Assembly (NCBI GenBank): GCA_938074445.1
Contig: CALJEK010000022.1
Location: forward strand, 33,444 to 97,443
Source of the DNA: Candidatus Kryptoniota bacterium
GTDB taxonomy: Bacteria > Bacteroidota > Ignavibacteria > Kryptoniales > Kryptoniaceae
DNA: 64,000 nt
Direction of reading: 5' to 3'
Shown here piece after piece: positions 1 through 9,254 of the stretch (the stretch's first letter is position 1; each line of letters begins with the position of its first letter). The notes under the pieces were generated by a model. That model ran no database searches, was not told where the DNA came from, and was given only the letters and a program-made list of their open reading frames with translations. Position numbers and translations under genes: made by a program.

Positions 1-13
1 AATCTTTAAGTCG

Positions 14-862
14 ATGAGTTATAGATATTACAGACCGAGCTTTTTTCGCGGTTTTAGGTTTTTTCCAACCGCGATAAAATATTTCATTATTGTCAATGTC
101 GCTGTTTATCTTTTGCTTGTGTTTTTTGGTTTGAATTTTAGGATTTCTGGTGTTCCTCTTTATCTTTATGTTTACAAATTTTTTGCTCTGAACCCAGTTG
201 GGGACGGATTTCGGATTTGGCAATTGATAACTTATATGTTCATTCACGATCCGAAAGGAATTTTTCACATTCTTTTTAATATGTTGATGCTTTGGATGTT
301 TGGGACTGAGATAGAGAATATGTGGGGGACGAGAAGATTTTTAGTTTATTATTTTGCCAGTGGGATTGGCGCTGGAATTACGCATTTGATTTTTGCACCG
401 CTTTTTGGTCAAATTGGTCCTGTTGTTGGGGCTTCAGGTGCAATTTACGGAGTTATGATTGCATTCGCTATTATGTTTCCCGATAGATATATTTTTCTCT
501 ATTTTTTAATTCCCATCCCTGCGAGGATTTTTGTTGCTATTCTTGTATTTTTTGATTTGATTATGGGTGTTTTTGGAAGCGATGGGGTAGCTCATTTTGC
601 TCATCTTGGTGGGGCTATAGTTGGATTCGTTTATATAAAGCTGATGTATGCTGGATTTGACTTGTCTGATTTTATTTCGAGGATAAAATTACCTAAATTT
701 AAGGGAAGAAGAGAAAGAAAAAAATATCTTCTCGTTGATGACGAGATAATAACGCAGGAACAAATTGATGCCATCCTTGATAAAATAAGCCAGTATGGAT
801 ACGATAGTTTAACCGAGCGTGAGAAAAGGATTCTTTATGAGGCAAGTAAAAAATTGCGTTAA
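14..862 (+). CDS. Rhomboid-family intramembrane serine protease
   Basis: 282-aa ORF with multiple hydrophobic helices. Catalytic-type motifs GASGAIYG (Ser) and HLGGAIVG (His). The frame is open to the window start, so the true N-terminus could lie upstream. Confidence 0.85.
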   Translation: MSYRYYRPSFFRGFRFFPTAIKYFIIVNVAVYLLLVFFGLNFRISGVPLYLYVYKFFALNPVGDGFRIWQLITYMFIHDPKGIFHILFNMLMLWMFGTEIENMWGTRRFLVYYFASGIGAGITHLIFAPLFGQIGPVVGASGAIYGVMIAFAIMFPDRYIFLYFLIPIPARIFVAILVFFDLIMGVFGSDGVAHFAHLGGAIVGFVYIKLMYAGFDLSDFISRIKLPKFKGRRERKKYLLVDDEIITQEQIDAILDKISQYGYDSLTEREKRILYEASKKLR

Positions 863-876
863 TAGGAATAGGTTTT

Positions 877-1944
877 ATGATAAATAGAAGAAAATCTCGC
901 AAAGTTTATGTTGGAAGTGTTCCCGTTGGTGGGGATGCCCCAATTTCAGTTCAATCGATGACAAAGACAAAGACTGAGGATATAAAGGGAACATTAAAAC
1001 AGATTTACCAGCTTGCTGAAGCTGGATGTGATATTGTCCGTGTTGCGGTTCCAAATAAAGAAGCAGCGGAGGCTCTTGCGGAAATCGTTAAGGGCTCACC
1101 AATTCCCGTCGTTGCAGATATTCATTTCAATCATATTTTTGCTTTAAAAGCGATTGAAGCGGGCGTTGCTAAGGTTAGAATAAATCCGGGGAATATCGGG
1201 TCGAGAGAAAGAATAAAGCAAGTTTTACAAGCTGCTAAAGATAAAGGTATCCCGATAAGAATTGGGGTTAATTCGGGGTCGCTTGAAAAAGATTTGCTTG
1301 AGAAATATGGATATCCAACCGCTGAGGCGCTTTTTGAAAGCGCGATGCGTCATGTGGAAATATGTGAAGAGTTTGGTTTCTCAGACATAGTGATATCTGT
1401 AAAATCAACCGATGTGCGATTGATGATAGAAGCATATAGATTGATCGCAAGTAAAACGGATTACCCGCTTCATCTTGGCGTAACCGAGGCGGGACCTTTT
1501 TTCACTGGCTCAATAAAATCTGCGGTTGGAATTGGGACTTTGCTCGCTGAGGGAATAGGGGACACGATTAGAGTTTCGTTGACCGATGACCCTGTTAAGG
1601 AAGTTGAAGTTGGGAGGGAGATTTTACGCTCACTTGGGCTTGCATCAAGGAATGTTGAGATAATTGCGTGCCCGACATGCGGTAGACTTGAGGTTGATTT
1701 ATTTAAGATTGTAAATGAATTGCAAGATAAATTGAGCAGGATAAAAAAACCTGTTAAGGTTGCAATACTCGGCTGTGTTGTGAATGGACCTGGTGAGGCA
1801 AGTGAAGCAGATATTGGAGTTGCGTGTGGCAAGGGCGTGGGAATTTTGTATCGAAATGGTGAAGTTATAAGGAGAGTTAAGGAAGAGGAAATCGTTCAAG
1901 CGGTAATCGAAGAAGTAATGAAGTTTAATCCAAGCGGTGGATAA
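877..1944 (+). CDS. ispG: 4-hydroxy-3-methylbut-2-en-1-yl diphosphate synthase (IspG/GcpE)
   Basis: 355 aa with a typical IspG N-terminus (VGSVPVGGDAPISVQSMT). Fe-S cluster Cys motifs CPTCGR and GCVVNGPGE. Confidence 0.95.
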   Translation: MINRRKSRKVYVGSVPVGGDAPISVQSMTKTKTEDIKGTLKQIYQLAEAGCDIVRVAVPNKEAAEALAEIVKGSPIPVVADIHFNHIFALKAIEAGVAKVRINPGNIGSRERIKQVLQAAKDKGIPIRIGVNSGSLEKDLLEKYGYPTAEALFESAMRHVEICEEFGFSDIVISVKSTDVRLMIEAYRLIASKTDYPLHLGVTEAGPFFTGSIKSAVGIGTLLAEGIGDTIRVSLTDDPVKEVEVGREILRSLGLASRNVEIIACPTCGRLEVDLFKIVNELQDKLSRIKKPVKVAILGCVVNGPGEASEADIGVACGKGVGILYRNGEVIRRVKEEEIVQAVIEEVMKFNPSGG

Positions 1945-2010
1945 TTTGGAAATTTGCTTTTTTGATATTTAATTTAAGGTTTGTTAATCAAAAACTAAAT
2001 TTGATAAAAA

Positions 2011-3978
2011 ATGCAAAGGAATAAATTTCCGTTTCCTGGGATACCGACGACTTCTGATGGTGCTGGTGCGGTAGTATGGGTTGAGACTCATATAAGTCAA
2101 GGTGCATGTGCTTATCCAATTACTTCTTCAACAACAATGGGTCAGGGTTTTCAAGCTGAAGTTGCAAATGGAAAAAGAAATCTTTGGGGAGAAAAACTTT
2201 TCTTTTTTGAGCCTGAGTCAGAACATAGCTCTGCTTCTGTATGTGAGGGATTTGCTGCAGCTGGTGGGAGAATAACTAACTTTACATCTGGTCAGGGATT
2301 GATTTTAATGAAAGAGGTTCTATATGCGATAGCGGGTAAGAGACTACCTGTTGTTTTTCACATCGGTGCGAGAGCTTTGACATCACATTCTTTAAATGTT
2401 CACGCGGGACACGATGATGTTATGGGGGTTGCTGACTGCGGATGGGGTATAATTTTCGCCCGAAACGTTCAAGAGGTTGCAGATTTAACCTTGATAGCAC
2501 ATCGTGCAGCTGAAAATTCAATGACACCGTTTTTGATGGTCCAAGATGGATTTCTTACAACACACACGATTGAAAATGTTCTTTTGCCAGAACCAGAGTT
2601 GATGAAGCAATTCATCGATGACCCGAACAAGAAATTGAAAAATTTGATGAATCCTTATTTCCCGCTGATGTCAGGAGTTGTTCAAAATCAGGATAGCTAT
2701 ATGAAAGGTAAAATTGCACAGCGATATTACTATGATAAAGTTCCCGGCGCAATTAGGGAAGCTATGGGAAAATACTACGAACTTACTGGCAGAAGGTATG
2801 ATTTTATAGATACGTATAAAGTTGAAGATGCTGAATATGTGGTTGTGGGGATGGGTTCGTTTATGGAAACTGCGATGGCAACCGTTGATTATTTAAGAGA
2901 GGTTGAAGGTTTGAAAGTTGGGGCTTTAACTGTGACGGTTTTTGCACCTTTCCCAGGTAAGGAAATCGTTGAAGCATTGAAGCATGTAAAAGCATTTGCG
3001 GTTCTTGAAAGAATGGATAACCCGCTTGCTCAATCAAATCCATTAACAATGTCGATAAAAGCGTCATTTGCAGATGCATTTATTGGTTCCAAAGGTTATC
3101 CAAAGATAGATAGAATTCCGAGAATTTTCTCTGGCGCGGGCGGACTTGGAAGCAGAGATGTAAGACCCGGTGATTTCATCGCTATTTTCAAAAACATGAT
3201 GCGAAACGACGGTAAAGAGAAAGAATTTTTTGTCGTTGGTATAAAACATGAGCTTGCTCTTGAAAGGGAATATGATCCGGATGTCAGACCTAAAGGAGCG
3301 TTCTCAATGCGTGGTCATTCTGTCGGTGGATATGGCTCTGTTACGACGAATAAAGTTATAGCCACTTTGCTTGAGGATATATTTAAACTTCAGGTGCAAG
3401 CATATCCGAAGTATGGTTCCGAGAAGAAGGGATTGCCGACAACTTACTACTTAACAGCAGCGAGAGAAAAAATAAGGACGCATTGTGAACTTACACATGT
3501 TGAATTTGTCCCGATGAACGATGTCAATGCTTTTAATTTAGGCAACCCTCTCTCTGGTCTAAGTGAGGAGGGTATGATATTTATTCAAAGCGATAAAGTA
3601 AATCCAGTGGATGTTTGGAATGCAATTCCTTCTTACGCGAAGAAAATTATAAAGGATAAAAAGATAAAAGTATATTTTTTGGACACTGTTAAGATCGCTC
3701 GTGAAGTTGCACCAAGTCCAGACCTTGAGCAAAGGATGCAGGGGATTGTTTTGCTTGGCATTTTTTTAAGGGTTACGCCATTTAAAGAGCAATATGGGTT
3801 AAGTGAAGAGGAATTATTTAAAGGTGTTGAGAAATCGATTAGAAAATATTTTGGGAAACGCGGTGAAAGGGTAGTTCAAGCAAATCTTGAGGCGGTTAAG
3901 CGTGGTTACTATGAGGTTATGGAGGTTCCAGTTGATTTAATAGAGGCGACGGAAGTTAAAGCTGAATTTGAATTTTAA
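2011..3978 (+). CDS. Pyruvate/2-oxoacid:ferredoxin oxidoreductase, fused alpha-gamma type subunit (PFOR domains I-II-III)
   Basis: 655 aa, collinear with the N-terminal half of homodimeric PFOR/NifJ (GACAYPITSSTTM, SEHSSASVCEGFAAAGGR, gamma-like GGYGSVTTNK). Confidence 0.85.
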   Translation: MQRNKFPFPGIPTTSDGAGAVVWVETHISQGACAYPITSSTTMGQGFQAEVANGKRNLWGEKLFFFEPESEHSSASVCEGFAAAGGRITNFTSGQGLILMKEVLYAIAGKRLPVVFHIGARALTSHSLNVHAGHDDVMGVADCGWGIIFARNVQEVADLTLIAHRAAENSMTPFLMVQDGFLTTHTIENVLLPEPELMKQFIDDPNKKLKNLMNPYFPLMSGVVQNQDSYMKGKIAQRYYYDKVPGAIREAMGKYYELTGRRYDFIDTYKVEDAEYVVVGMGSFMETAMATVDYLREVEGLKVGALTVTVFAPFPGKEIVEALKHVKAFAVLERMDNPLAQSNPLTMSIKASFADAFIGSKGYPKIDRIPRIFSGAGGLGSRDVRPGDFIAIFKNMMRNDGKEKEFFVVGIKHELALEREYDPDVRPKGAFSMRGHSVGGYGSVTTNKVIATLLEDIFKLQVQAYPKYGSEKKGLPTTYYLTAAREKIRTHCELTHVEFVPMNDVNAFNLGNPLSGLSEEGMIFIQSDKVNPVDVWNAIPSYAKKIIKDKKIKVYFLDTVKIAREVAPSPDLEQRMQGIVLLGIFLRVTPFKEQYGLSEEELFKGVEKSIRKYFGKRGERVVQANLEAVKRGYYEVMEVPVDLIEATEVKAEFEF

Positions 3979-3996
3979 ACAAATTGGAGAACGAAA

Positions 3997-5601
3997 ATGG
4001 AAGATAGAGAAAAATTTCCTCAAGGGAATGAGGAACATTCTTGGGAAGAAATTTACAGGGATATTATAGACATTGAATATTTTAATGAGGAAGTTGTAGG
4101 CGCTTATAACCGTGGTGTAGCTGAGGAGGAGTTGCCTGCGGATATTTACACCGCAAGGAGTGTGATACCGGCTGGAACCGGAGCATTTAGAGATTTCAGT
4201 TATATCGCCCCGGAGATTCCACTTTTTAATTCTGATAATTGTGTGGGTTGCATGGAATGCGTAACCGAATGTCCGGATACGGCTATACTTGGGAAAGTTG
4301 TCCCAGAGTCAAAATTGGAAGAAGAACTTAGCAAGATTAATGACCCCATCAAAAGGGAAGATTTCCGAAAGCAATTTGCAAAGACCACGAAGTATTATGA
4401 TGTGCCAAAGAAGAAAGGAATTGAGCCTGGTTTATTTATGATCGCTGTTGACCCGACGAAGTGTAAAGGTTGCGCTGAATGTGTCGCAGCCTGTGGGGAG
4501 CATAATGCTTTGCAGATGATCAAAAAGACCAGCGAGAATTTAAAAAGATATAGAGAGGTTTTTGATTTTTACACAAAGCTTCCTGAAACCCCGCGGGAAT
4601 ATATTCAGGATAAAGTTCTCGCTGATATGATGCTTGCTGGTAAATCCTTGCTTTATGCTGGAGGCGCTGGCTCATGTATGGGGTGTGGTGAAGCTACCGC
4701 AATAAGAATGATGCTTGCAGCAACAGGTTTTGTCTATGGTCCTGAAAATATTGGGATCGTGGCAGCGACTGGATGTAATACGGTTTATTCGTCAACTTAT
4801 CCATACAATCCGTTTAGAGTGCCATGGATAAATTCTTTGTTTGAAAACGCTCCTGCTGTGGCAATTGGAATCAGGGCAAGATGGGATCAAATGGGATGGC
4901 AACATAAGAGATTATGGGTTATAGGCGGAGATGGAGCAATGTATGATATCGGTTTTCAAGCCCTTTCAAGAATGCTTGCTTCCGGTATGGATATAAAAGT
5001 TCTTGTTCTTGATACGCAAGTTTATTCAAATACTGGGGGTCAATCTTCAACCTCAAGTTATTTGGGTCAGGATACAAAACTTTCCGCCCATGGTAAAGAG
5101 ATCAAAGGTAAGTCTGAAAGAAGAAAGGAACTTGCTCAAATTGTAATGATGCATCCCGATGTTTTCGTCGCCCAAACTACAGCAGCGCATATTAACCACT
5201 TTTATCGCTCGATCCTTTCTGCAAATGAATTCCCAGGTCCGGCTGTTGTTATAGTCTATACGACATGTCAACCTGAACATGGAGTTGGTGATGATATGGC
5301 TATGCATCAAGCGAAGCTCGCAGTTGAATCAAGGGCTTTCCCGCTTTTGATCTATGACCCAAGGAAAGGTGAAACAATAAGGGAAAGATTAAGCCTGCAA
5401 GGTAACCCTGCAATTAAAGACGATTGGTATGTGCATCCAAAAACTGGTGAGGTTATTGATTTTATCTATTTTGCAAGGACTGAAGGTAGGTTTGCGAAAC
5501 ATTTTGATAAAGATGGAAATCCCAGTGAAGTATTATTACAGGCTCAGGAGGACCGTTTGAAAAATTGGAGATTGCTCCAAGAGCTTGCGGGATTAAGATG
5601 A
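3997..5601 (+). CDS. Pyruvate/2-oxoacid:ferredoxin oxidoreductase, fused delta-beta type subunit (2x[4Fe-4S] plus TPP-binding)
   Basis: 534 aa. Two ferredoxin motifs (CVGCMECVTECP, CKGCAECVAACG), then a TPP-binding region (GGDGAMYDIGFQ, DTQVYSNTGGQ). Lies 18 nt downstream of the partner subunit. Confidence 0.85.
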   Translation: MEDREKFPQGNEEHSWEEIYRDIIDIEYFNEEVVGAYNRGVAEEELPADIYTARSVIPAGTGAFRDFSYIAPEIPLFNSDNCVGCMECVTECPDTAILGKVVPESKLEEELSKINDPIKREDFRKQFAKTTKYYDVPKKKGIEPGLFMIAVDPTKCKGCAECVAACGEHNALQMIKKTSENLKRYREVFDFYTKLPETPREYIQDKVLADMMLAGKSLLYAGGAGSCMGCGEATAIRMMLAATGFVYGPENIGIVAATGCNTVYSSTYPYNPFRVPWINSLFENAPAVAIGIRARWDQMGWQHKRLWVIGGDGAMYDIGFQALSRMLASGMDIKVLVLDTQVYSNTGGQSSTSSYLGQDTKLSAHGKEIKGKSERRKELAQIVMMHPDVFVAQTTAAHINHFYRSILSANEFPGPAVVIVYTTCQPEHGVGDDMAMHQAKLAVESRAFPLLIYDPRKGETIRERLSLQGNPAIKDDWYVHPKTGEVIDFIYFARTEGRFAKHFDKDGNPSEVLLQAQEDRLKNWRLLQELAGLR

Positions 5602-5672
5602 AGTGTTATTTGATTTTTTAATATAATCGAGTTAATTTTTTACTAAAATTTTGCATGCGGTAAATTAATACA

Positions 5673-7400
5673 ATGATCAGGGTTAGTGATAATCCCGCAA
5701 AGTTTGTGGTCGTGGTTGCTTTTATGTTGATTCTCGTCTTTTTAATTGTAGCGGTTGATAATAAAACGGTGCGGTGGTTAATTGGATTTATTCTGTTGAT
5801 TTCTTTAGTCCTTCTGATTGCATCTGTGATCTCGGTTAAGAGAAAAAAGATCAAGGGAAAAATTTTGACTTATGAGAAAGGACAACCTACTTGGACTCAA
5901 GATGAAGGCTTCGTAATTAAAAAACCTGGGCAAGGCTCGTCAACATCGTTTGAGAAATTAAATCCGAGAGAGGAGTTTAAGGAACTTTTAAAAAAGGTTC
6001 TTCTTCTTATCAAGAAAAATGTTGTCGCTGACTCCGTTGCTTTTTACTGGGCTAACGAAGACAAAAAGCAAATGGTTTTTGAGGAAGGTATAACCGATCT
6101 CGGATTTAACTTTGTTCGCAGATATAGTTGGGATAATGATGCTTTGACAACGGTTGCACGGACTGGGATTCCAAAGATAATAGGTGATATAATCTCTTCA
6201 GGAAGTGAAGACGTTATAAAATATCAAAGCCCAAGGGCTGGGAGCAAATCCTTGCTTGTTTATCCTGTTTCTCATAAAGATAAAGTTGTTGGCGTAATTA
6301 CACTTGATTCACAACAGGCTCAAACATTCAGTCAGGATGATGTTGAAAATGTCGGGCTATTTTCTGAGTTAATATCTAACCTTATCTGGAATTATATTAC
6401 CAAGTTTGATCTTTACCATAAAGCAAAGATTCTTGAAGTTATAAGTGAAGTTGAAAGATTCGATATTGAAAATTTACTTGCTCGAATCCAAAACTTCGCT
6501 ATAAAAGTTCTTGATTGTTCTGCAGTTGCGGTAGTTTTATTTGAAGATGGGAAATGGGTTGTTACATTTGGATATTCAAAACTTGGAAAATATGTTGAGG
6601 CAGGTACGGAAGTTAAAATGGAAGGAACACTTGTGGGTGAAGCTATAATGAATGGTGTCCCCAAGGTAATTTCATCGACGAGGGCGCAGAGCAAAATTTA
6701 TAGGTTTACCGAAGACGAGAGAATAAATCTTGAGTCCTCAATTGCTGTTGTTCCTATAAGATATGAAAGGAAATGTTACGGGGCTATAGTTTTTGAACAT
6801 CCGAAACAGAATTTCTTTTCGTCTTATAGTGAAATAAAAAAACTCGAAGAGCTTGCAACCCTTGTTGGCATATTGCTTGAGAATGAAAGTTTGAATGAAA
6901 TGATTGAAAATTATTTTATCTATGATGAGGCAACTCTTTTGATGAGGAAAAATTATTTTTACTCCAGATTAGATGTCGAGATAGCGAGGAAATTAAAGCA
7001 TGGAGGGGAACTTGCACTTGTTTTAATAAGTGTTGATAATATTGATTACATAAAGTCCACTTATGGTGAAGGGTACGCCGAAGTGGTTCAACCTCGCATT
7101 GCAGATATAATTCGTAATAACTTAAATAAATATGATCTTGCTGGTAAGCTTGATGAAAACTTAATCGGTGTTGCTCTTGTTGAGACGGGAGCTAGTGAAG
7201 CTTATGTATGGGCGGAGAAATTAAGAAAAAGTATATCAAATCAGGAAATAAGATTTAGAGACAAGAGTTTCAATGTGACTGTCACAATCGGGGTTTCAGC
7301 TTGGGATGGAGAAGAAAAAGTTGATGATTTTGTCGAAAGAGTTAAAAAGAACTTTTTAAAAGTGCTTCAAAGCAGTGAAAATATTGTCAAAGTTTTTTAA
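5673..7400 (+). CDS. Membrane-anchored GAF-GAF sensor with a degenerate GGDEF domain
   Basis: 575 aa. Two N-terminal TM helices and two GAF-like segments. The C-terminal GGDEF-fold region carries GKLDENLIG where the GG(D/E)EF signature would be. Confidence 0.7.
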   Translation: MIRVSDNPAKFVVVVAFMLILVFLIVAVDNKTVRWLIGFILLISLVLLIASVISVKRKKIKGKILTYEKGQPTWTQDEGFVIKKPGQGSSTSFEKLNPREEFKELLKKVLLLIKKNVVADSVAFYWANEDKKQMVFEEGITDLGFNFVRRYSWDNDALTTVARTGIPKIIGDIISSGSEDVIKYQSPRAGSKSLLVYPVSHKDKVVGVITLDSQQAQTFSQDDVENVGLFSELISNLIWNYITKFDLYHKAKILEVISEVERFDIENLLARIQNFAIKVLDCSAVAVVLFEDGKWVVTFGYSKLGKYVEAGTEVKMEGTLVGEAIMNGVPKVISSTRAQSKIYRFTEDERINLESSIAVVPIRYERKCYGAIVFEHPKQNFFSSYSEIKKLEELATLVGILLENESLNEMIENYFIYDEATLLMRKNYFYSRLDVEIARKLKHGGELALVLISVDNIDYIKSTYGEGYAEVVQPRIADIIRNNLNKYDLAGKLDENLIGVALVETGASEAYVWAEKLRKSISNQEIRFRDKSFNVTVTIGVSAWDGEEKVDDFVERVKKNFLKVLQSSENIVKVF

Positions 7401-7420
7401 AAGAAAAATTAAAATGCGAA

Positions 7421-7624
7421 ATGGCAAAAAAGGTAGCTTCATTTGCTGACAAAGTCGCAAAAGATGCAAGGAAGGTGGTATTAACTTGCCCTCAATGTGG
7501 CGCTCCTATCCAGATTGCGCGTCTTGTCGTCTCAAAGAAAAATGAAGAAACTGGAAATTGGCGATATGCTAAGAAATCTGTAAAAATTTGTAGATGCAAT
7601 GAGAAGGAAATATATGCGATGTAG
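7421..7624 (+). CDS. Small Zn-ribbon-like hypothetical protein (67 aa)
   Basis: CPQC ... CRC cysteine pairs and a basic, helical N-terminus. Starts 20 nt after the preceding stop. No family recognised. Confidence 0.5.
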   Translation: MAKKVASFADKVAKDARKVVLTCPQCGAPIQIARLVVSKKNEETGNWRYAKKSVKICRCNEKEIYAM

Positions 7625-7688
7625 TTGGAACATTTTTGTGGAAATTTAAGTTATTTTATCTTTGAACAATAAAAGATTTAGGGTCAAA

Positions 7689-7961
7689 ATGATACTTGGA
7701 AAAGTTGTGGGAACGGTTTGGGCGACGAGAAAGGATGAAAGTTTAACGGGTTTAAAGTTTCAGATTGTAAAACATGTTGACCTTGACTATAATTTAAAAG
7801 ACAACTTTTTGATAGCAGTGGATAGCGTTGGTGCTGGAGTTGGAGAGATTGTTCTCGTTGCCACAGGGAGTTCAGCACGACTTACCGCCGTGACGAAAAA
7901 TAAACCTGTTGACGCTGTGATAATGGCAATTGTTGATAAGTTGGATGTAATTTCGGATTAA
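7689..7961 (+). CDS. EutN/CcmL-family bacterial microcompartment vertex protein (BMC-P), paralog 1
   Basis: The ~90-aa product starts MILGKVVGTVWATRKDESLTGLKFQIV and contains AVDSVGAGVGEIVLVATGSSAR and PVDAVIMAIVD, the typical EutN/CcmL pattern. I prefer the ATG at 7689 over the TTG at 7662 used by the ORF track. Confidence 0.85.
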   Translation: MILGKVVGTVWATRKDESLTGLKFQIVKHVDLDYNLKDNFLIAVDSVGAGVGEIVLVATGSSARLTAVTKNKPVDAVIMAIVDKLDVISD

Positions 7962-7979
7962 AACTAAAAGATTGTTGAT

Positions 7980-8249
7980 GTGTTTATAGCCAAAGTTATA
8001 GGAACTGTGTGGGCAACAGTTAAAGATTCAAATTTGCGGGGTTATAAGTTACAGATAATTCAACCATTAGCTTCAAACGGAGAAAAGGCAGGTGTTCCGA
8101 TTATAGCTGTTGATACGATTGGAGCAGGTCCTGGGGAGTTGGTTATGTATATAACTGCTCGGGAAGCTGTGATACCCCTCGGTGTTAAGGAAGCACCTGT
8201 TGATGCTTCAATTGTTGGAATAATTGAAAAAGTTGATATAGGTTTATAA
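7980..8249 (+). CDS. EutN/CcmL-family bacterial microcompartment vertex protein (BMC-P), paralog 2
   Basis: 89 aa, GTG start. [55 protein letters not shown]. Confidence 0.85.
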   Translation: MFIAKVIGTVWATVKDSNLRGYKLQIIQPLASNGEKAGVPIIAVDTIGAGPGELVMYITAREAVIPLGVKEAPVDASIVGIIEKVDIGL

Positions 8250-8278
8250 AAACAAAATTTAAACGGCAAATTAAAGGT

Positions 8279-9136
8279 ATGGTGAGAATTACAAAAACAA
8301 TTACCAATCGGGAGAGCATTTCCATTGATAAGTATCTCCAAGAGATTGGTAAATACGAATTGCTTACGCCAGAGGAGGAAATTGAACTTGCCCGTAGGGC
8401 AAAGCAGGGCGATGAAAAGGCACTTAATAGGCTAATTCAAGCGAATCTTCGTTTTGTTGTTAGCGTTGCTAAACAATACCAAAATCAAGGTCTTCCACTC
8501 GGGGACCTTATAAATGAAGGTAATCTTGGCTTGATAAAAGCAGCGAAGAGATTTGACGAGACGCGAGGATTTAAGTTCATATCTTATGCTGTTTGGTGGA
8601 TAAGACAATCAATTCTTCAGGCGCTTGCAGAGCAATCAAGGATAGTTCGTTTGCCTTTGAACAGGGTTGGTGCTTTGAACAAAATTGGTAAGAAACTAAG
8701 CCAGCTTGAGCAGGAATTTGAACGTGAGCCAAGCCCTAATGAACTTGCTGAGGAACTTGATATGAGCGTTTATGAGGTTACCGATACGTTGAAAATTTCA
8801 GGAAAGCATATTTCAATGGACGCACCCTTTACTCAAGGTGAGGACAACAAACTTCTGGATATTATGCCGAATGAGAATGACCCGATGCCTGATCATGGGC
8901 TTATGTATGAGTCTTTGAAAAAGGATATTGAAGAAGCACTTAACACGCTTGACCCAAGGGAAAGGGAGGTCGTTAAACTTTATTTTGGGATAGGATACGA
9001 CCATCCGCTTACGCTTGAAGAAATAGGAGAAAAATTCAAACTCACTCGCGAAAGAGTTAGGCAGATTAAGGAAAAAGCAATCCGAAAACTTAGACATCAT
9101 TCCAGGAGTAAGGCACTCAGAGGTTACCTTGGATAA
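8279..9136 (+). CDS. rpoD: Primary-type RNA polymerase sigma-70 factor, short FCB-group RpoD lacking region 1.1
   Basis: 285 aa. [67 protein letters not shown] and a region 4 HTH ([21 protein letters not shown]). Confidence 0.85.
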   Translation: MVRITKTITNRESISIDKYLQEIGKYELLTPEEEIELARRAKQGDEKALNRLIQANLRFVVSVAKQYQNQGLPLGDLINEGNLGLIKAAKRFDETRGFKFISYAVWWIRQSILQALAEQSRIVRLPLNRVGALNKIGKKLSQLEQEFEREPSPNELAEELDMSVYEVTDTLKISGKHISMDAPFTQGEDNKLLDIMPNENDPMPDHGLMYESLKKDIEEALNTLDPREREVVKLYFGIGYDHPLTLEEIGEKFKLTRERVRQIKEKAIRKLRHHSRSKALRGYLG

Positions 9137-9140
9137 TTTA

Positions 9141-9170
9141 AAAATCCCGACCTTGCGTCGGGATTTTTTT
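9141..9170 (+). terminator. Rho-independent terminator after rpoD
   Basis: Hairpin TCCCGAC-cttgc-GTCGGGA followed by a T7 tract. Confidence 0.8.
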
Positions 9171-9254
9171 ATTAAAAATTCTTCTTATCTAACAAAATGT
9201 TGATGGGGCGATAAGGATATTTAACGAGGCGAAAATAACAGAGGTCATTTTGAA

